From NCBI RefSeq assembly GCF_000011805.1, contig NC_006840.2: a DNA stretch of 32,000 bases; one strand, 5' to 3'. The stretch's first letter is position 1, and each line of letters begins with the position of its first letter. Positions 1 to 9,342 of the stretch are shown here, one piece after another. Made by a program: the position numbers and the translations under genes. This stretch comes from Aliivibrio fischeri ES114. Lineage in GTDB: Bacteria > Pseudomonadota > Gammaproteobacteria > Enterobacterales > Vibrionaceae. The notes beneath the pieces were generated by a model. That model did not search any database. It saw only the letters and a program-made list of their open reading frames with translations, and was not told the DNA's origin.

Positions 1-238
1 GTAATAGTTCTTCTGATTTTGTTTCGTCAAGGCAACTTATACAGTTTTTATCAATCGTTACTAACTTTCCATGAATCTGAACAACTACTTTTGCATCATA
101 ACCAGTAAATAAAATGTCATCCGCATTCATAGATTGACCAACATTTACTTTTGTTGGCACACCTGACTTATTGAGTGTGTAGGCATCACCTTCTATATTT
201 TTGATTTCTACTTTTGAAGGTATCAATGTCTCTTTCAT
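1..238 (-). CDS. 5' part (79 codons) of a gene continuing past the left edge. The N-terminus is reminiscent of retention-module N-termini of giant type-1-secreted adhesins (tentative).
   Basis: Own reverse-strand translation. ATG at 238-236 is preceded by AGGTGG (complement of 243-248). Product MKETLIPSKVEIKNIEGDAYTLNKSGVPTKVNVGQSMNADDILFTGYDAKVVVQIHGKLVTIDKNCISCLDETKSEELL stays open to position 1. Absent from the ORF track because it is truncated. Confidence 0.55.
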   Translation of the reverse strand, partial: MKETLIPSKVEIKNIEGDAYTLNKSGVPTKVNVGQSMNADDILFTGYDAKVVVQIHGKLVTIDKNCISCLDETKSEELL

Positions 239-459
239 GTAACCACCTAAAATCCATTTAACAGCATCAACAAATTAATTTTCACTTAGTCTTTTTAATC
301 ATAGGACAAAAATGATTATCCCCCCAAAAACCAATGGTTAATTTGTTGTTATAAAAATATTAACTGATAGTTTTATAACATAAAATCATATAAATTTAAG
401 TACCAATATTCTCATATTCCTTTATTATTCGTTCTGTTTATCCTAAAAGAGACATTGTC

Positions 460-810
460 ATGAGCAAATTAACGTCAGATACTCAAGCAAACTTAGAACT
501 TTTCATTTCAGAGACAAAAGAAACACAACTAGTGTGGAGTCTTTATAATGAAGACGGTTGGATTTCAGTAGAATCAACAGAATTTGAAAACTCTGAAGTA
601 ATGCCATTCTGGTCTAATAAAGAAGATGCTGCTTTTCACAACGTTGAAGAATGGGCTGACTTTGAAGTAACAGAAATCCCACTAGATATTTTTGTTGAAG
701 ATTGGTTAATCACTCTTTCTGAAGATGGTGTTTTAGTTGGTACTAACTGGAATCAACAACTAGAAGGTAAAGAAGTAGAAGCAAGCGATTTAGCTAAGCT
801 TTACTTATAA
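460..810 (+). CDS. DUF2750 family protein (function unknown)
   Basis: 116-aa ORF. Acidic, with MPFWS and LVGTNWN motifs that I recall from DUF2750 proteins of Vibrio/Shewanella. Followed directly by a strong terminator. Confidence 0.75.
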   Translation: MSKLTSDTQANLELFISETKETQLVWSLYNEDGWISVESTEFENSEVMPFWSNKEDAAFHNVEEWADFEVTEIPLDIFVEDWLITLSEDGVLVGTNWNQQLEGKEVEASDLAKLYL

Positions 811-835
811 GGTTTATTTTATCTTTAATGATAAA

Positions 836-872
836 AATAAAGGTGGTCAATTATGACCACCTTTTTGTTTTT
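836..872. terminator. Bidirectional rho-independent terminator (DUF2750 gene / DcuC-family gene)
   Basis: AAAGGTGGTCA (839-849), loop ATTA, TGACCACCTTT (854-864). A-run upstream and T-run downstream. Confidence 0.85.
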
Positions 873-885
873 AATGTCTATTAAG

Positions 886-2346
886 TTACTGAGTCAATTG
901 TGTTCTATTATTCTTTCTCTTCATTATCCAACCGACACCAACAGAAAGAACTAATATTACAATCAAAAATGGCATTAATTGCTCTAATTGTCCTCCCTTA
1001 GAAAAAGTTAAAATTAGCATTAATAACCAACCACTTACCATTGGTATCAAAGTTCGACGAACTATATCAAATGGAGACAAACCTGAAATACCGGCAACAG
1101 CAATGATAACACCTGCAATCGGAGATATTGTTCTACCAAAACCTGCAGATAATTGAATTGGTAAGATCATATCTACAGTATTCGCACCTATTTTATGAGC
1201 AATTTGGGGCACCATTGGAGCAAAAGAGAAAAAGGCCGCATTCCCTGATCCCATTAATGCAGAAATAATGAAAGTTAATAGAGCCATAAACAAAATAATA
1301 ACAGCAGCAGAAAGCCCAACGCTACTTGCCATATGTAACATTGAATCAATAGCTCCTATTGACTTTAATCCCATAGAAAAAGTCTGGCCTGCTATAATTA
1401 AAGTTACAACAGAAGCAAAAACTTTTCCCATATCATCAAATACTCCTTGTAGTTTTTCAAATACAGGTTTTACTTCTCTTTCTCGAATAAATTCAAATAC
1501 AAGGCTAATAAAAATACTCAAAATGATAGCAGTTGCCATACCCACATTAATTGTCTTCACGCCAAGGCTACTAAATGTAAGCATAAAAAATAATGGTAAC
1601 ATTGGAAGTATTACATAATAGAAGGGAGCACTTTGTTCCGATTCAATATCTTCATAATTTATTGGCTCTAATGTCTGATTTTTTTCGTCATTACGGTCAA
1701 AAAAACGTTGTGTAATTGCATGCATAATTGCCACAACTATAATCAATACGCTAATAATTGGTAATTGTTCCCCAACAAAGTATTCCGTAATCTCTAGACC
1801 AGCGGTTTGAGCAGCTAAAATTGAGTTTCCTGAACCAGGACCAAACTCAATAGCGCAAGTACTCGCTAATACAGAAGCAACACCCGCTTTACTACAGCCC
1901 AGTCTAATCAATACAGGATAAAGTGTTGCCATCAACAATAAACCAAGTCCCGTTGCGCTTGAGATAAAGAGTGATAACATCTGACCAAGAATAAAGGCAA
2001 GTGCTAGCATCAAGTAAGGTGAATTTAGCTTCATTAATGGCTTAGCTGTTAACTTTACCATTACTTGGCTTGCTCCTATAGCTGACATTAATAAGGCAAA
2101 CCCTCCTATAAGCATTATTTTTAAACCTAAACCACCGGATTGTTTGCCAAAAACCATGCTTATATATTCAAAAACATCAAACCCTATCCAACCCGTCGAT
2201 TTATCGACAAAAGTAGCATTGTTAGTAAAGATTGATATGGTCATCATAACGATACCAACAAAGAAGAGTACGCCTTGGGGGTTATAGTTTTTTAAAATTA
2301 ATCTTCCCGCAAGAATCAACCCACATAATGCAATAAATAAACTCAT
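886..2346 (-). CDS. DcuC-family (C4-dicarboxylate anaerobic carrier-like) membrane transporter
   Basis: Polytopic hydrophobic ORF with DcuC-type sequence (GLGLKIML, SSATGLGLLLMATLYP, IEFGPGSGN). The track start at 2364 is a TTG. The ATG at 2346-2344 has AAGGGA (complement of 2353-2358) 6 nt upstream and lies 10 nt after the iadA stop, so I prefer it. Confidence 0.85.
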   Translation of the reverse strand: MSLFIALCGLILAGRLILKNYNPQGVLFFVGIVMMTISIFTNNATFVDKSTGWIGFDVFEYISMVFGKQSGGLGLKIMLIGGFALLMSAIGASQVMVKLTAKPLMKLNSPYLMLALAFILGQMLSLFISSATGLGLLLMATLYPVLIRLGCSKAGVASVLASTCAIEFGPGSGNSILAAQTAGLEITEYFVGEQLPIISVLIIVVAIMHAITQRFFDRNDEKNQTLEPINYEDIESEQSAPFYYVILPMLPLFFMLTFSSLGVKTINVGMATAIILSIFISLVFEFIREREVKPVFEKLQGVFDDMGKVFASVVTLIIAGQTFSMGLKSIGAIDSMLHMASSVGLSAAVIILFMALLTFIISALMGSGNAAFFSFAPMVPQIAHKIGANTVDMILPIQLSAGFGRTISPIAGVIIAVAGISGLSPFDIVRRTLIPMVSGWLLMLILTFSKGGQLEQLMPFLIVILVLSVGVGWIMKRKNNRTQLTQ

Positions 2347-2356
2347 ATCTAATCCC

Positions 2357-3496
2357 TTATTCAAAGTTTCCAGTTACAAGTAATTCATTATCAAGCAGTA
2401 CTGTTTTACCTTTTGCTACTACCCCATAAAGTGTAAAGTCATCGTTAAATATGCATAAATCAGCTTCTTGACCAAGCTGTAATCGACCTTTATTAATGCC
2501 CAGAGAATCTGCAACATTTGATGTTAACATTGCAATAGCTATTTCGGGGCTAATACCTGATTCAATCAATTTAGGTAATAACAATAAGTTTCCATCAACA
2601 TTTGCAGCAGTTAACGCAACCATATTTCCATCAATATCAAACTTTGGCAGACTACCATTCCCATCTGAACTTACTGTTATATGTTTCGGATCTATACCAG
2701 ATTCTATCGCTTGTTTAATCGCAAGCTCAGGGGCAATAAATTGACTACCTCCAGATGTGATATCAATATAACCACCTCGGCGAGCAAATTGCATAGCTTC
2801 ACTAAATAAAGATTCAGTTCGAGCAACATGGGTTGGTGAAAAATGGCTAATGGGTATCCCCATATTTAATAACTCAAAAACAGAAGCAAAAGGATCAGAT
2901 AGAGCCCCCATATGCATGTGCAACACCCCTCGTTTTTTAGCTAATAAGCTAGCAATACGTATATCGGAAACAATACGACTCAATTCTTGTAACGTTGGAA
3001 ATGAGCACCTATGATCTGCTAGTGCTATCTTTACACCGAGAACTGAAGGTAAAAAAGAGATATCATCCCGAATGGATGTAGTTATCGTTTTTGTTGGCAC
3101 CTCATACGACCCAGTATGCATATAAGCTGTAATCCCTTCTTCTGTAAGTGCTGCAGCTTTTGCATATAAATCGCGTGGTGAACGAGAAATGCCATCTGTT
3201 CCCAATACCCCAACGACACTTGTTGTTCCTGCTTGAATTAACTTAGAAAATGTAACTTGTGGTGTTCGACTAGAAAAACCTCCCTCACCACCTCCTCCAA
3301 TCAGATGTACATGTTGATCTATTAAGCCTGGAGTGACTGTTTTCCCTTTACAATCAATAATCGAAATATCACCAATGCCTTGAACATTCAAATCAGATTC
3401 AATAGAAATTACCTTTCCACAACCAATCAACACATTAACTTTTCCTAAGTGCTGAGGAGCGTATACATTTGCATTCTTTAATAAAATAAACATCAT
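2357..3496 (-). CDS. iadA: Isoaspartyl (beta-aspartyl) dipeptidase
   Basis: 379 aa, collinear with E. coli IadA as I remember it: GLIDQHVHLIGGGGEGGFSSRTPQ, GVLGTDGISR, ALADHR, SSDGNGSLP. Confidence 0.92.
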   Translation of the reverse strand: MMFILLKNANVYAPQHLGKVNVLIGCGKVISIESDLNVQGIGDISIIDCKGKTVTPGLIDQHVHLIGGGGEGGFSSRTPQVTFSKLIQAGTTSVVGVLGTDGISRSPRDLYAKAAALTEEGITAYMHTGSYEVPTKTITTSIRDDISFLPSVLGVKIALADHRCSFPTLQELSRIVSDIRIASLLAKKRGVLHMHMGALSDPFASVFELLNMGIPISHFSPTHVARTESLFSEAMQFARRGGYIDITSGGSQFIAPELAIKQAIESGIDPKHITVSSDGNGSLPKFDIDGNMVALTAANVDGNLLLLPKLIESGISPEIAIAMLTSNVADSLGINKGRLQLGQEADLCIFNDDFTLYGVVAKGKTVLLDNELLVTGNFE

Positions 3497-3686
3497 TCCC
3501 TCTACTTCATATATTATTTATACATTCCACCTCTCTTATATCCTGATATTTATCTCGATGAATATTTGAGAACTAGAACTATCAAAACAATAATAACCAT
3601 ATAAAAAATGTGAGTATCTCGATTTCTATTGCTAATTTTGAATGATAGTATTCTTATAAATCATAATGATAAAGATGAGTTGTTAA

Positions 3687-4586
3687 GTGTTTGAATTTAA
3701 ATGGTTAGAAGACTTTATGAGTCTAATTGAACTAGGGAATTTCTCTGCTGCTGCTAAATCAAGATACGTAACACAATCTGCATTTAGCCGTCGAATTCAA
3801 GCCTTGGAGCTTTGGGTTGGTGTTCCATTGTTTGATCGTAGTTCTTACCCTATAGGCTTAACCGAGCACGGAAATAAATTTGTCCCTTATGCTGAAAACC
3901 TACTTAACCAAATCAAAGTAACAAAAGAGGATTTTTCATTAGCTTCATTAAAAACAGACAATACGGTACGAATTGTTTGTTTACATTCCTTTGCGATTAA
4001 TCTATTACCAAATCTTTTGGCGCAATTTAATAACCAACTAAGTCATCTCAACATATCTATTAATCCTTCTGTTCAAGGTATCGATAATCACTTTCAAACT
4101 CTATTAGATGATTCAAGTGACCTTTTATTTACTTATAATATGATCGGAATGAGACCATCTATTTCCTTAGAAAATAAATTAGAAAAACATATTTTATTTA
4201 AGGAAAAAATTATTCCTGTTATCTCTCCGGATTTATTAAAAAATCATGAAGATAATACTCCATGGCCATTACTCTCTTATTCAGAACATACATTTCTCTA
4301 CAAAGTAGTAAATCAACTTACAAAATCTATTTCAGTACCTTTCAGTCAAGTCTTTGAAACAACGTTAAGCGAATCTCTCATTGAAATGGCGATTAATGGT
4401 ATCGGGGTTGCTTGGGTTCCAATGCATGCGGTTGAAAAAGAATTAATTAAGGGGACATTAGTGACAGCCTTTACAGAATACTCTGATTGGACTATTCAGT
4501 TAGATGTTGTTTGCTATCATTCGAAAGCTAATAGTCGTCCTGCTGTACTGCAATTTTTAGAAGAAATACATAGCTTGAAAAATTAA
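3687..4586 (+). CDS. LysR-family transcriptional regulator, divergent from iadA
   Basis: GTG start with an in-frame TAA immediately upstream. N-terminal HTH FMSLIELGNFSAAAKSRYVTQSAFSRRIQALE plus a ~200-aa substrate-binding-type C-terminal region. Confidence 0.9.
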   Translation: MFEFKWLEDFMSLIELGNFSAAAKSRYVTQSAFSRRIQALELWVGVPLFDRSSYPIGLTEHGNKFVPYAENLLNQIKVTKEDFSLASLKTDNTVRIVCLHSFAINLLPNLLAQFNNQLSHLNISINPSVQGIDNHFQTLLDDSSDLLFTYNMIGMRPSISLENKLEKHILFKEKIIPVISPDLLKNHEDNTPWPLLSYSEHTFLYKVVNQLTKSISVPFSQVFETTLSESLIEMAINGIGVAWVPMHAVEKELIKGTLVTAFTEYSDWTIQLDVVCYHSKANSRPAVLQFLEEIHSLKN

Positions 4587-4614
4587 AGGTGGCCAATCTA
4601 AGCCACCTTTTTTG
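4585..4614. terminator. Bidirectional rho-independent terminator (LysR gene / nucleotidase gene)
   Basis: AAAGGTGGC (4585-4593), 8-nt loop, GCCACCTTT (4602-4610), then a T-run. The reverse orientation is also followed by T-rich sequence. Confidence 0.85.
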
Positions 4615-4617
4615 TTT

Positions 4618-6522
4618 TTAATTCAGCGCCTTTGCAATTACCATATCACGATGAATTCGTGCTTTTTCAACCTCAGTTGTTGCCTTATCTAAAGATTGTT
4701 CAAGTTTACTTAAATAAGTCGTTAATTCAGCTTCCGTTGAAAATATCTTATCTTTTACATTAATAGATTCAACATTGGTATATCGGCCATCTTTGCTTTT
4801 TGGTACGTCTATTTTGCCACTGTTAATTAACGCCTTTACTATTTCTCGTTCTTTCTCATAACCTTCAAGACCAATCAATGTCCAGCGACTCATTGGCTTA
4901 CCTTCGTATTTACCTTTTTTTACCTCATCTAGGTAGTGAATAGTTAAGTTCCGAATTGTTCCATCTTCTTCTCCAAACTCTTCTTCGGTATCAAACAATA
5001 CTGGGAAATGTCTACCTTCAAGCACACCACCATCTTTGGTTAAATGCCCCATTCGATAGCTGTTCATTCCGATACGAATTGGCGTTTTATTCGTAATATC
5101 TCTACCATCGGCAAATTTAAGATCGGTAATACGTTCACCAGTCGGCTTTGTTAGATCTATTACATAAGTCACACCAGCAAAGAAATCATTGGTTGAATAT
5201 TTTGATGAGCGACGATCAAGGTTAAAACTGTATGTCACATCCCCTTCTTTTACGCTATTGAAATAACCTGCTGACCACTCCATATATGTTTTCAGCTCTT
5301 TACCTGTCATTTCATAAACAGTAATTTCACCACCTGCATACTGATAATTATATGCAATATCTTTGGCTTTGATTTTACCTACATTAAGCTCTGCCATATC
5401 GTTATCAATTTGCAAAGCAATCACGTTTGCTAAGGGAGCATAATGCATACTGGCTTCTTGGAACAAAGCACTGATCCCTGTATCCTGAATATGAACTTGT
5501 GGGATACCTTTAATTTCATTTTCAGGTACTAAATCAACACCGAGTAATTCTGCGACGACACGGTTTGCATTTTCACGCAGACGTTTATGATATGGAGCAT
5601 ACAGTTGTTCCATTTTCTCGTCTGATTCAACCCCTTTTATCTTGTACGTAAAACTGTCTTTATTAACTAGAGTGAACTGTCCATTCTTCTCTTCAAATTG
5701 TAAATCGATACGAGAAAGCGCACGGCCATACTTATCTGGTTCCGTTATAATCACACCATTTACTGTCGCTTTATCAATACGGGTATGCATGTGACCGGCA
5801 ACAATAGCATCAATTTCAGGGTTATCATTAGCGATATCCGTAACCCCTGTGGCTTCAATGTTATTCTCATTATCAAGCCCCATATGAACAACTAGCACAA
5901 TCGCATCTACTTTATCATCTATTTCTTTAATGACTTTTTTCACTTCAAGGGACGGATTGGTAAAAGTCATACCTTCAAGACGATTCGTACCTTCAGCAAA
6001 TACTTGTGTCATTGGTGTATCCATACCAATCACACCAATTTTAATTCCATTTTTCTCAATAATTTTATAAGCAGGTAAGAATGGATTGCCATCTTTTCGC
6101 TTTATATTCCCACCTAATGATGCCCCTTTAAACTGAGTCAATGAACGATTAAGTACATTCAAGCCAAAATCAAATTCATGATTACCTAACACCCAAATAT
6201 CATATTTCATTTCGTTGAAACCAAGCATCATAGGATCTGTAGGCTCATCCTTAAAAGTTTCAACAAAATTGCCTTGAATCGTATCACCGGCATCTACCAA
6301 TATTACATTTTCTTGTTCATCACGAATCGTTTTCACTTTAGTAGCAATTTGACTCAAACTGCCTTTCGTATTGAGCTTGTCGCTCGCATAATCCCAGGGC
6401 ATAAAATGACCATGAATATCAGATGTACCAAGGATCGTAACATCAACAATATCGCCATCTGCCGCTGCTGCATAACCACTTAATGAAAGTAAAATGGCTG
6501 AAGTTAATATATGTTTTTTCAT
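4618..6522 (-). CDS. Secreted bifunctional metallophosphoesterase/nucleotidase (5'-nucleotidase / 2',3'-cyclic-nucleotide phosphodiesterase-3'-nucleotidase family)
   Basis: Sec signal MKKHILTSAILLSLSGYAAAA. Calcineurin-like motifs GTSDIHGH, DAGDTIQG, GNHEFDFG, VVHMG and GHMH, plus a 5'-nucleotidase-type C-terminal substrate domain. Confidence 0.88.
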   Translation of the reverse strand: MKKHILTSAILLSLSGYAAAADGDIVDVTILGTSDIHGHFMPWDYASDKLNTKGSLSQIATKVKTIRDEQENVILVDAGDTIQGNFVETFKDEPTDPMMLGFNEMKYDIWVLGNHEFDFGLNVLNRSLTQFKGASLGGNIKRKDGNPFLPAYKIIEKNGIKIGVIGMDTPMTQVFAEGTNRLEGMTFTNPSLEVKKVIKEIDDKVDAIVLVVHMGLDNENNIEATGVTDIANDNPEIDAIVAGHMHTRIDKATVNGVIITEPDKYGRALSRIDLQFEEKNGQFTLVNKDSFTYKIKGVESDEKMEQLYAPYHKRLRENANRVVAELLGVDLVPENEIKGIPQVHIQDTGISALFQEASMHYAPLANVIALQIDNDMAELNVGKIKAKDIAYNYQYAGGEITVYEMTGKELKTYMEWSAGYFNSVKEGDVTYSFNLDRRSSKYSTNDFFAGVTYVIDLTKPTGERITDLKFADGRDITNKTPIRIGMNSYRMGHLTKDGGVLEGRHFPVLFDTEEEFGEEDGTIRNLTIHYLDEVKKGKYEGKPMSRWTLIGLEGYEKEREIVKALINSGKIDVPKSKDGRYTNVESINVKDKIFSTEAELTTYLSKLEQSLDKATTEVEKARIHRDMVIAKALN

Positions 6523-6651
6523 TATTATCTTTATTTTTTATGTAGGGAAACTCGATCATAAATCGTTATCTCCCCTCATAAAGAAATATCGATCACATTT
6601 GAAATGTAACAAGAAAAGGCAAATTACAAATTTATGATGCGTAACTCATTA

Positions 6652-6688
6652 ACAACAAAAAAGGCCATCAAACAAACTTGATAGCCTT
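6652..6688 (-). terminator. Rho-independent terminator of tpm
   Basis: On the minus strand AAGGCTATCAA / TTGATGGCCTT (11-bp stem, one mismatch, 6-nt loop) followed by TTTTTTGTTGTT. Confidence 0.75.
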
Positions 6689-6715
6689 CTTACATAATCA
6701 CTTCATTTTTATTGA

Positions 6716-7357
6716 CTAACTTTCAATTAACCACACTTCTTCAGCAAAACGAGATAATCCTTTTTTAATTTTAGGGTGTTCTGCATCAGCTTCATCTCGT
6801 TGTAATCGTGTAATTTTCATTCCCGAGAACAACGCTTGCACCTCATTTTCAGGTACAGAGAACGGAGGTCCAGCCATTTCATTTTGGTCGTAATCTAGCG
6901 TTACTAATAATATACGCCCACCTTCTTTTAATCGACTACGTAACACTTGAACGTATTCTTCACGCATCTCTTTTGGTAGAGCAACTAATGCGGCGCGATC
7001 ATAAATTAAATCAGCGGCTTCAATAGGAGCAACAAAGTAATCACCTGAATAAATAGTGAACTCATCAAACTCATAAAGTTCTAGGGTGCTACTTAATTGT
7101 GTCACTGTCGGTGTATACAAACGTTCAGCAAAGAAAGCACGAACGGCTATCTGACTCAGCTCTACCCCTGTTACTGAATTATGACGTTCAGCTAACCAAT
7201 CAAGATCCATTGATTTACCACACAATGGAACAAAAACAGTTTCATTTCTTTTTGGCTCTAGAGCTGACCAATATTGAGTTAAAATTGGATTAGTATCAGG
7301 CAGGTGGAAACCAATGACATTACTTGCCCATTTTTTTTGCCAAAACTCATGTTCCAT
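6716..7357 (-). CDS. tpm: Thiopurine S-methyltransferase (Se/Te methylation type)
   Basis: 213 aa. FWQKKW N-terminus, SAM-binding [16 protein letters not shown], and [10 protein letters not shown], typical of bacterial TPMT. Confidence 0.9.
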   Translation of the reverse strand: MEHEFWQKKWASNVIGFHLPDTNPILTQYWSALEPKRNETVFVPLCGKSMDLDWLAERHNSVTGVELSQIAVRAFFAERLYTPTVTQLSSTLELYEFDEFTIYSGDYFVAPIEAADLIYDRAALVALPKEMREEYVQVLRSRLKEGGRILLVTLDYDQNEMAGPPFSVPENEVQALFSGMKITRLQRDEADAEHPKIKKGLSRFAEEVWLIES

Positions 7358-7464
7358 TTACTTTCCTTTATTTAGCTTATTTTTATGCTGAAATGGTACC
7401 GCATCACATACTTTTGTTCTAGGTGTTAAACGATAACGACAATATCTATAACTTAATACAAACC

Positions 7465-7494
7465 AGTTATTCCATTTAGTTATATGGAATAACT
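7465..7494 (+). promoter_or_regulatory. Perfect 11-bp inverted repeat followed by TTTT in the tcyP upstream region (operator or leader hairpin)
   Basis: AGTTATTCCAT (7465-7475), 8-nt spacer, ATGGAATAACT (7484-7494), then TTTTATC. Lies about 110 nt upstream of the tcyP ATG, just after a TATAAC -10-like box. Confidence 0.3.
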
Positions 7495-7601
7495 TTTATC
7501 AATTACCCTCCTAACCAACGAATCGTTATTATCCTTACTAAATCAAAGCGCTTTGCGTCTTACCCCTTACAAATGGGCGCATTTATGAACAGGAATGCAG
7601 T

Positions 7602-8972
7602 ATGTCATTAGCCGTTATCATCAATTTAGCCGTATTTATCGGTCTTATCTTTTTTATTAATACACAGCAACGTAAAGAATACACATTATCAAGACTGGTT
7701 CTGATCGGACTTGTTGCTGGTAGCTTATATGGCTTAGGACTTCACCTAGTATACGGTGGAGGCAGCGACGTAATTAGCACAACACTTGATTGGGTCAATA
7801 TTGTAGGCAGTGGTTACGTTGGTCTACTTAAGATGGTAATAATGCCTCTAGTACTTGTATCTATGTTTGCTGCAGTGGTGAAACTTGATAAATCAGGCTC
7901 TTTAGGAAAAATCAGTGGTGTTACTATCAGCGTATTACTTGTTACGACCATGATTGCAGCTCTTATTGGTATCACTGTTACTCATACTTTCGGCTTAACA
8001 GCTGAGGGGCTAACTGAAGGTGCTCGTGAAACAGCCCGTGTTGCTGTACTTGAATCTCGTATTGGTAGCGTAAGTGATTTAAGTATTCCTCAAATGCTAG
8101 TTAGCTTTATCCCAACCAATCCATTTGCTGATTTAACAGGAACTCGCTCAACATCTATCATTGCAGTTGTTATTTTTGCCATTCTATCTGGTATTGCTGC
8201 TCGTAAAGTAAGCCAAGAAAAGGAAGAGTTAGCTGCTCCTATTAATACTTTTGTTGACGTTGCACAATCAATCGTGATGCGATTAGTTAAAATGATTATG
8301 GCTCTAACTCCTTACGGTATTTTAGCGCTATTAACTAAAGTGGTTGCCACATCGAATGCGGCCGACATTTTAAATCTACTTGGTTTCATCGTAGCTTCAT
8401 ATATCGCCATTTTATTAATGTTCGTTGTTCACGGTTTATTGGTATCACTGGTTGGTGTTAGCCCTATCGATTACTTTAAAAAGATTTGGCCTGTACTCAC
8501 ATTTGCATTCAGCTCTCGTAGCTCAGCAGCAACGATTCCACTAAATGTTGAAGCACAAATTACAAAATTACGAGTGCCACCAGCAATTGCCAATTTATCA
8601 GCAACCTTTGGTGCGACAATTGGACAAAATGGCTGTGCTGGTATCTACCCTGCAATGCTTGCTGTAATGGTTGCTCCAACAATGGGGATCCCAATTGATG
8701 GACACTTCATTTTATCTCTAGTTGCTATTATCACAGTAAGTTCATTTGGTATTGCTGGTGTTGGTGGCGGAGCAACATTCGCAGCGTTAATCGTATTACC
8801 TGCGATGGGCTTACCCGTAACTATCGCTGCACTGCTTATTTCTATCGAACCATTGATTGATATGGCTCGTACTGCACTAAATGTAAGCGGAGCAATGACA
8901 GCCGGTACGATTACAAGTCGCGTATTAGGACAGAAAAGTACTGATGAACAGGTAGAAAGCGCACAAGCTTAA
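7602..8972 (+). CDS. tcyP: L-cystine transporter, DAACS family (YdjN/TcyP)
   Basis: 456 aa, near-collinear with E. coli YdjN as recalled: [93 protein letters not shown] 7 nt upstream. Confidence 0.92.
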   Translation: MSLAVIINLAVFIGLIFFINTQQRKEYTLSRLVLIGLVAGSLYGLGLHLVYGGGSDVISTTLDWVNIVGSGYVGLLKMVIMPLVLVSMFAAVVKLDKSGSLGKISGVTISVLLVTTMIAALIGITVTHTFGLTAEGLTEGARETARVAVLESRIGSVSDLSIPQMLVSFIPTNPFADLTGTRSTSIIAVVIFAILSGIAARKVSQEKEELAAPINTFVDVAQSIVMRLVKMIMALTPYGILALLTKVVATSNAADILNLLGFIVASYIAILLMFVVHGLLVSLVGVSPIDYFKKIWPVLTFAFSSRSSAATIPLNVEAQITKLRVPPAIANLSATFGATIGQNGCAGIYPAMLAVMVAPTMGIPIDGHFILSLVAIITVSSFGIAGVGGGATFAALIVLPAMGLPVTIAALLISIEPLIDMARTALNVSGAMTAGTITSRVLGQKSTDEQVESAQA

Positions 8973-8989
8973 TAAAATATCTTGAAACT

Positions 8990-9022
8990 AAAAAGGAAGC
9001 CAGATTGGCTTCCTTTTTTATT
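8990..9022 (+). terminator. Rho-independent terminator of tcyP
   Basis: GGAAGCC (8995-9001), 5-nt loop, GGCTTCC (9007-9013), then TTTTTTATTT. Confidence 0.85.
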
Positions 9023-9197
9023 TGAGATTTTAATAACCAACTTTTTTATATTCACTCTTAAGATAACACTAATTACATTAGGAAAACTAATCTGAAAATA
9101 CAATTTTACTAGCTAGAAATTATTAAATTAATATCTATAATGCGCGCCATACAAAGACGAAATATCTCGTTTATTTATCAGATTAAAAGGTGGCGCT

Positions 9198-9278
9198 ATG
9201 GCTAAAAATATCATGACTAAAATCGCAAATGCTTATCAGCGTTCATTCACTGAACTATACAAACGCGATAACAAGTAA
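9198..9278 (+). CDS. Unannotated 26-codon small protein gene (MAKNIMTKIANAYQRSFTELYKRDNK)
   Basis: Below the ORF-track size cutoff. AAAAGGTGG SD 5-6 nt before the ATG at 9198, TATAAT at 9136-9141, TAA at 9276-9278, and a strong terminator 25 nt downstream. Basic, non-hydrophobic, helix-prone peptide. Confidence 0.5.
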   Translation: MAKNIMTKIANAYQRSFTELYKRDNK

Positions 9279-9302
9279 TACGAGTTTAGTATCAACAGAT
9301 AC

Positions 9303-9335
9303 AAAAAAGGAGCCCATTGGCTCCTTTTTTATTTT
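9303..9335. terminator. Bidirectional rho-independent terminator (small ORF / exonuclease gene)
   Basis: A-run, GGAGCC (9309-9314), loop CATT, GGCTCC (9319-9324), then TTTTTTATTTTT. Confidence 0.85.
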
Positions 9336-9342
9336 TAAGTTT

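Noticed and set aside
348-379. 9-bp inverted repeat GTTATAAAA-N14-TTTTATAAC upstream of the DUF2750 gene; also ACATTT-G-AAATGT at 6595-6607
   Set aside because: The arms are purely A/T-rich in very AT-rich promoter DNA. They are plausible by chance and no functional context is recognisable.
1268-1618. 116-aa plus-strand ORF (also 2496-2744, 6274-6483, 7099-7293, 9397-9621 and 10175-10375) lying antisense inside well-supported genes
   Set aside because: Each is fully embedded opposite a gene with strong family-level sequence identity. They have low-complexity, biased composition and no SD, so they are shadow ORFs typical of AT-rich DNA.
3626-3648. CTAT-N15-ATAG / ATT-N10-AAT motif as the LysR T-N11-A box in the iadA-LysR intergenic region
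   Set aside because: It is too short and degenerate to distinguish from chance in DNA that is over 70% AT.
9144-9196. Possible leader pairing GCGCCA (9144-9149) with TGGCGC (9191-9196) that would mask the SD of the 26-codon ORF
   Set aside because: With TATAAT at 9136-9141 the transcript should start near 9148, so the 5' arm would be mostly absent from the RNA. The pairing is also only 6-7 bp.
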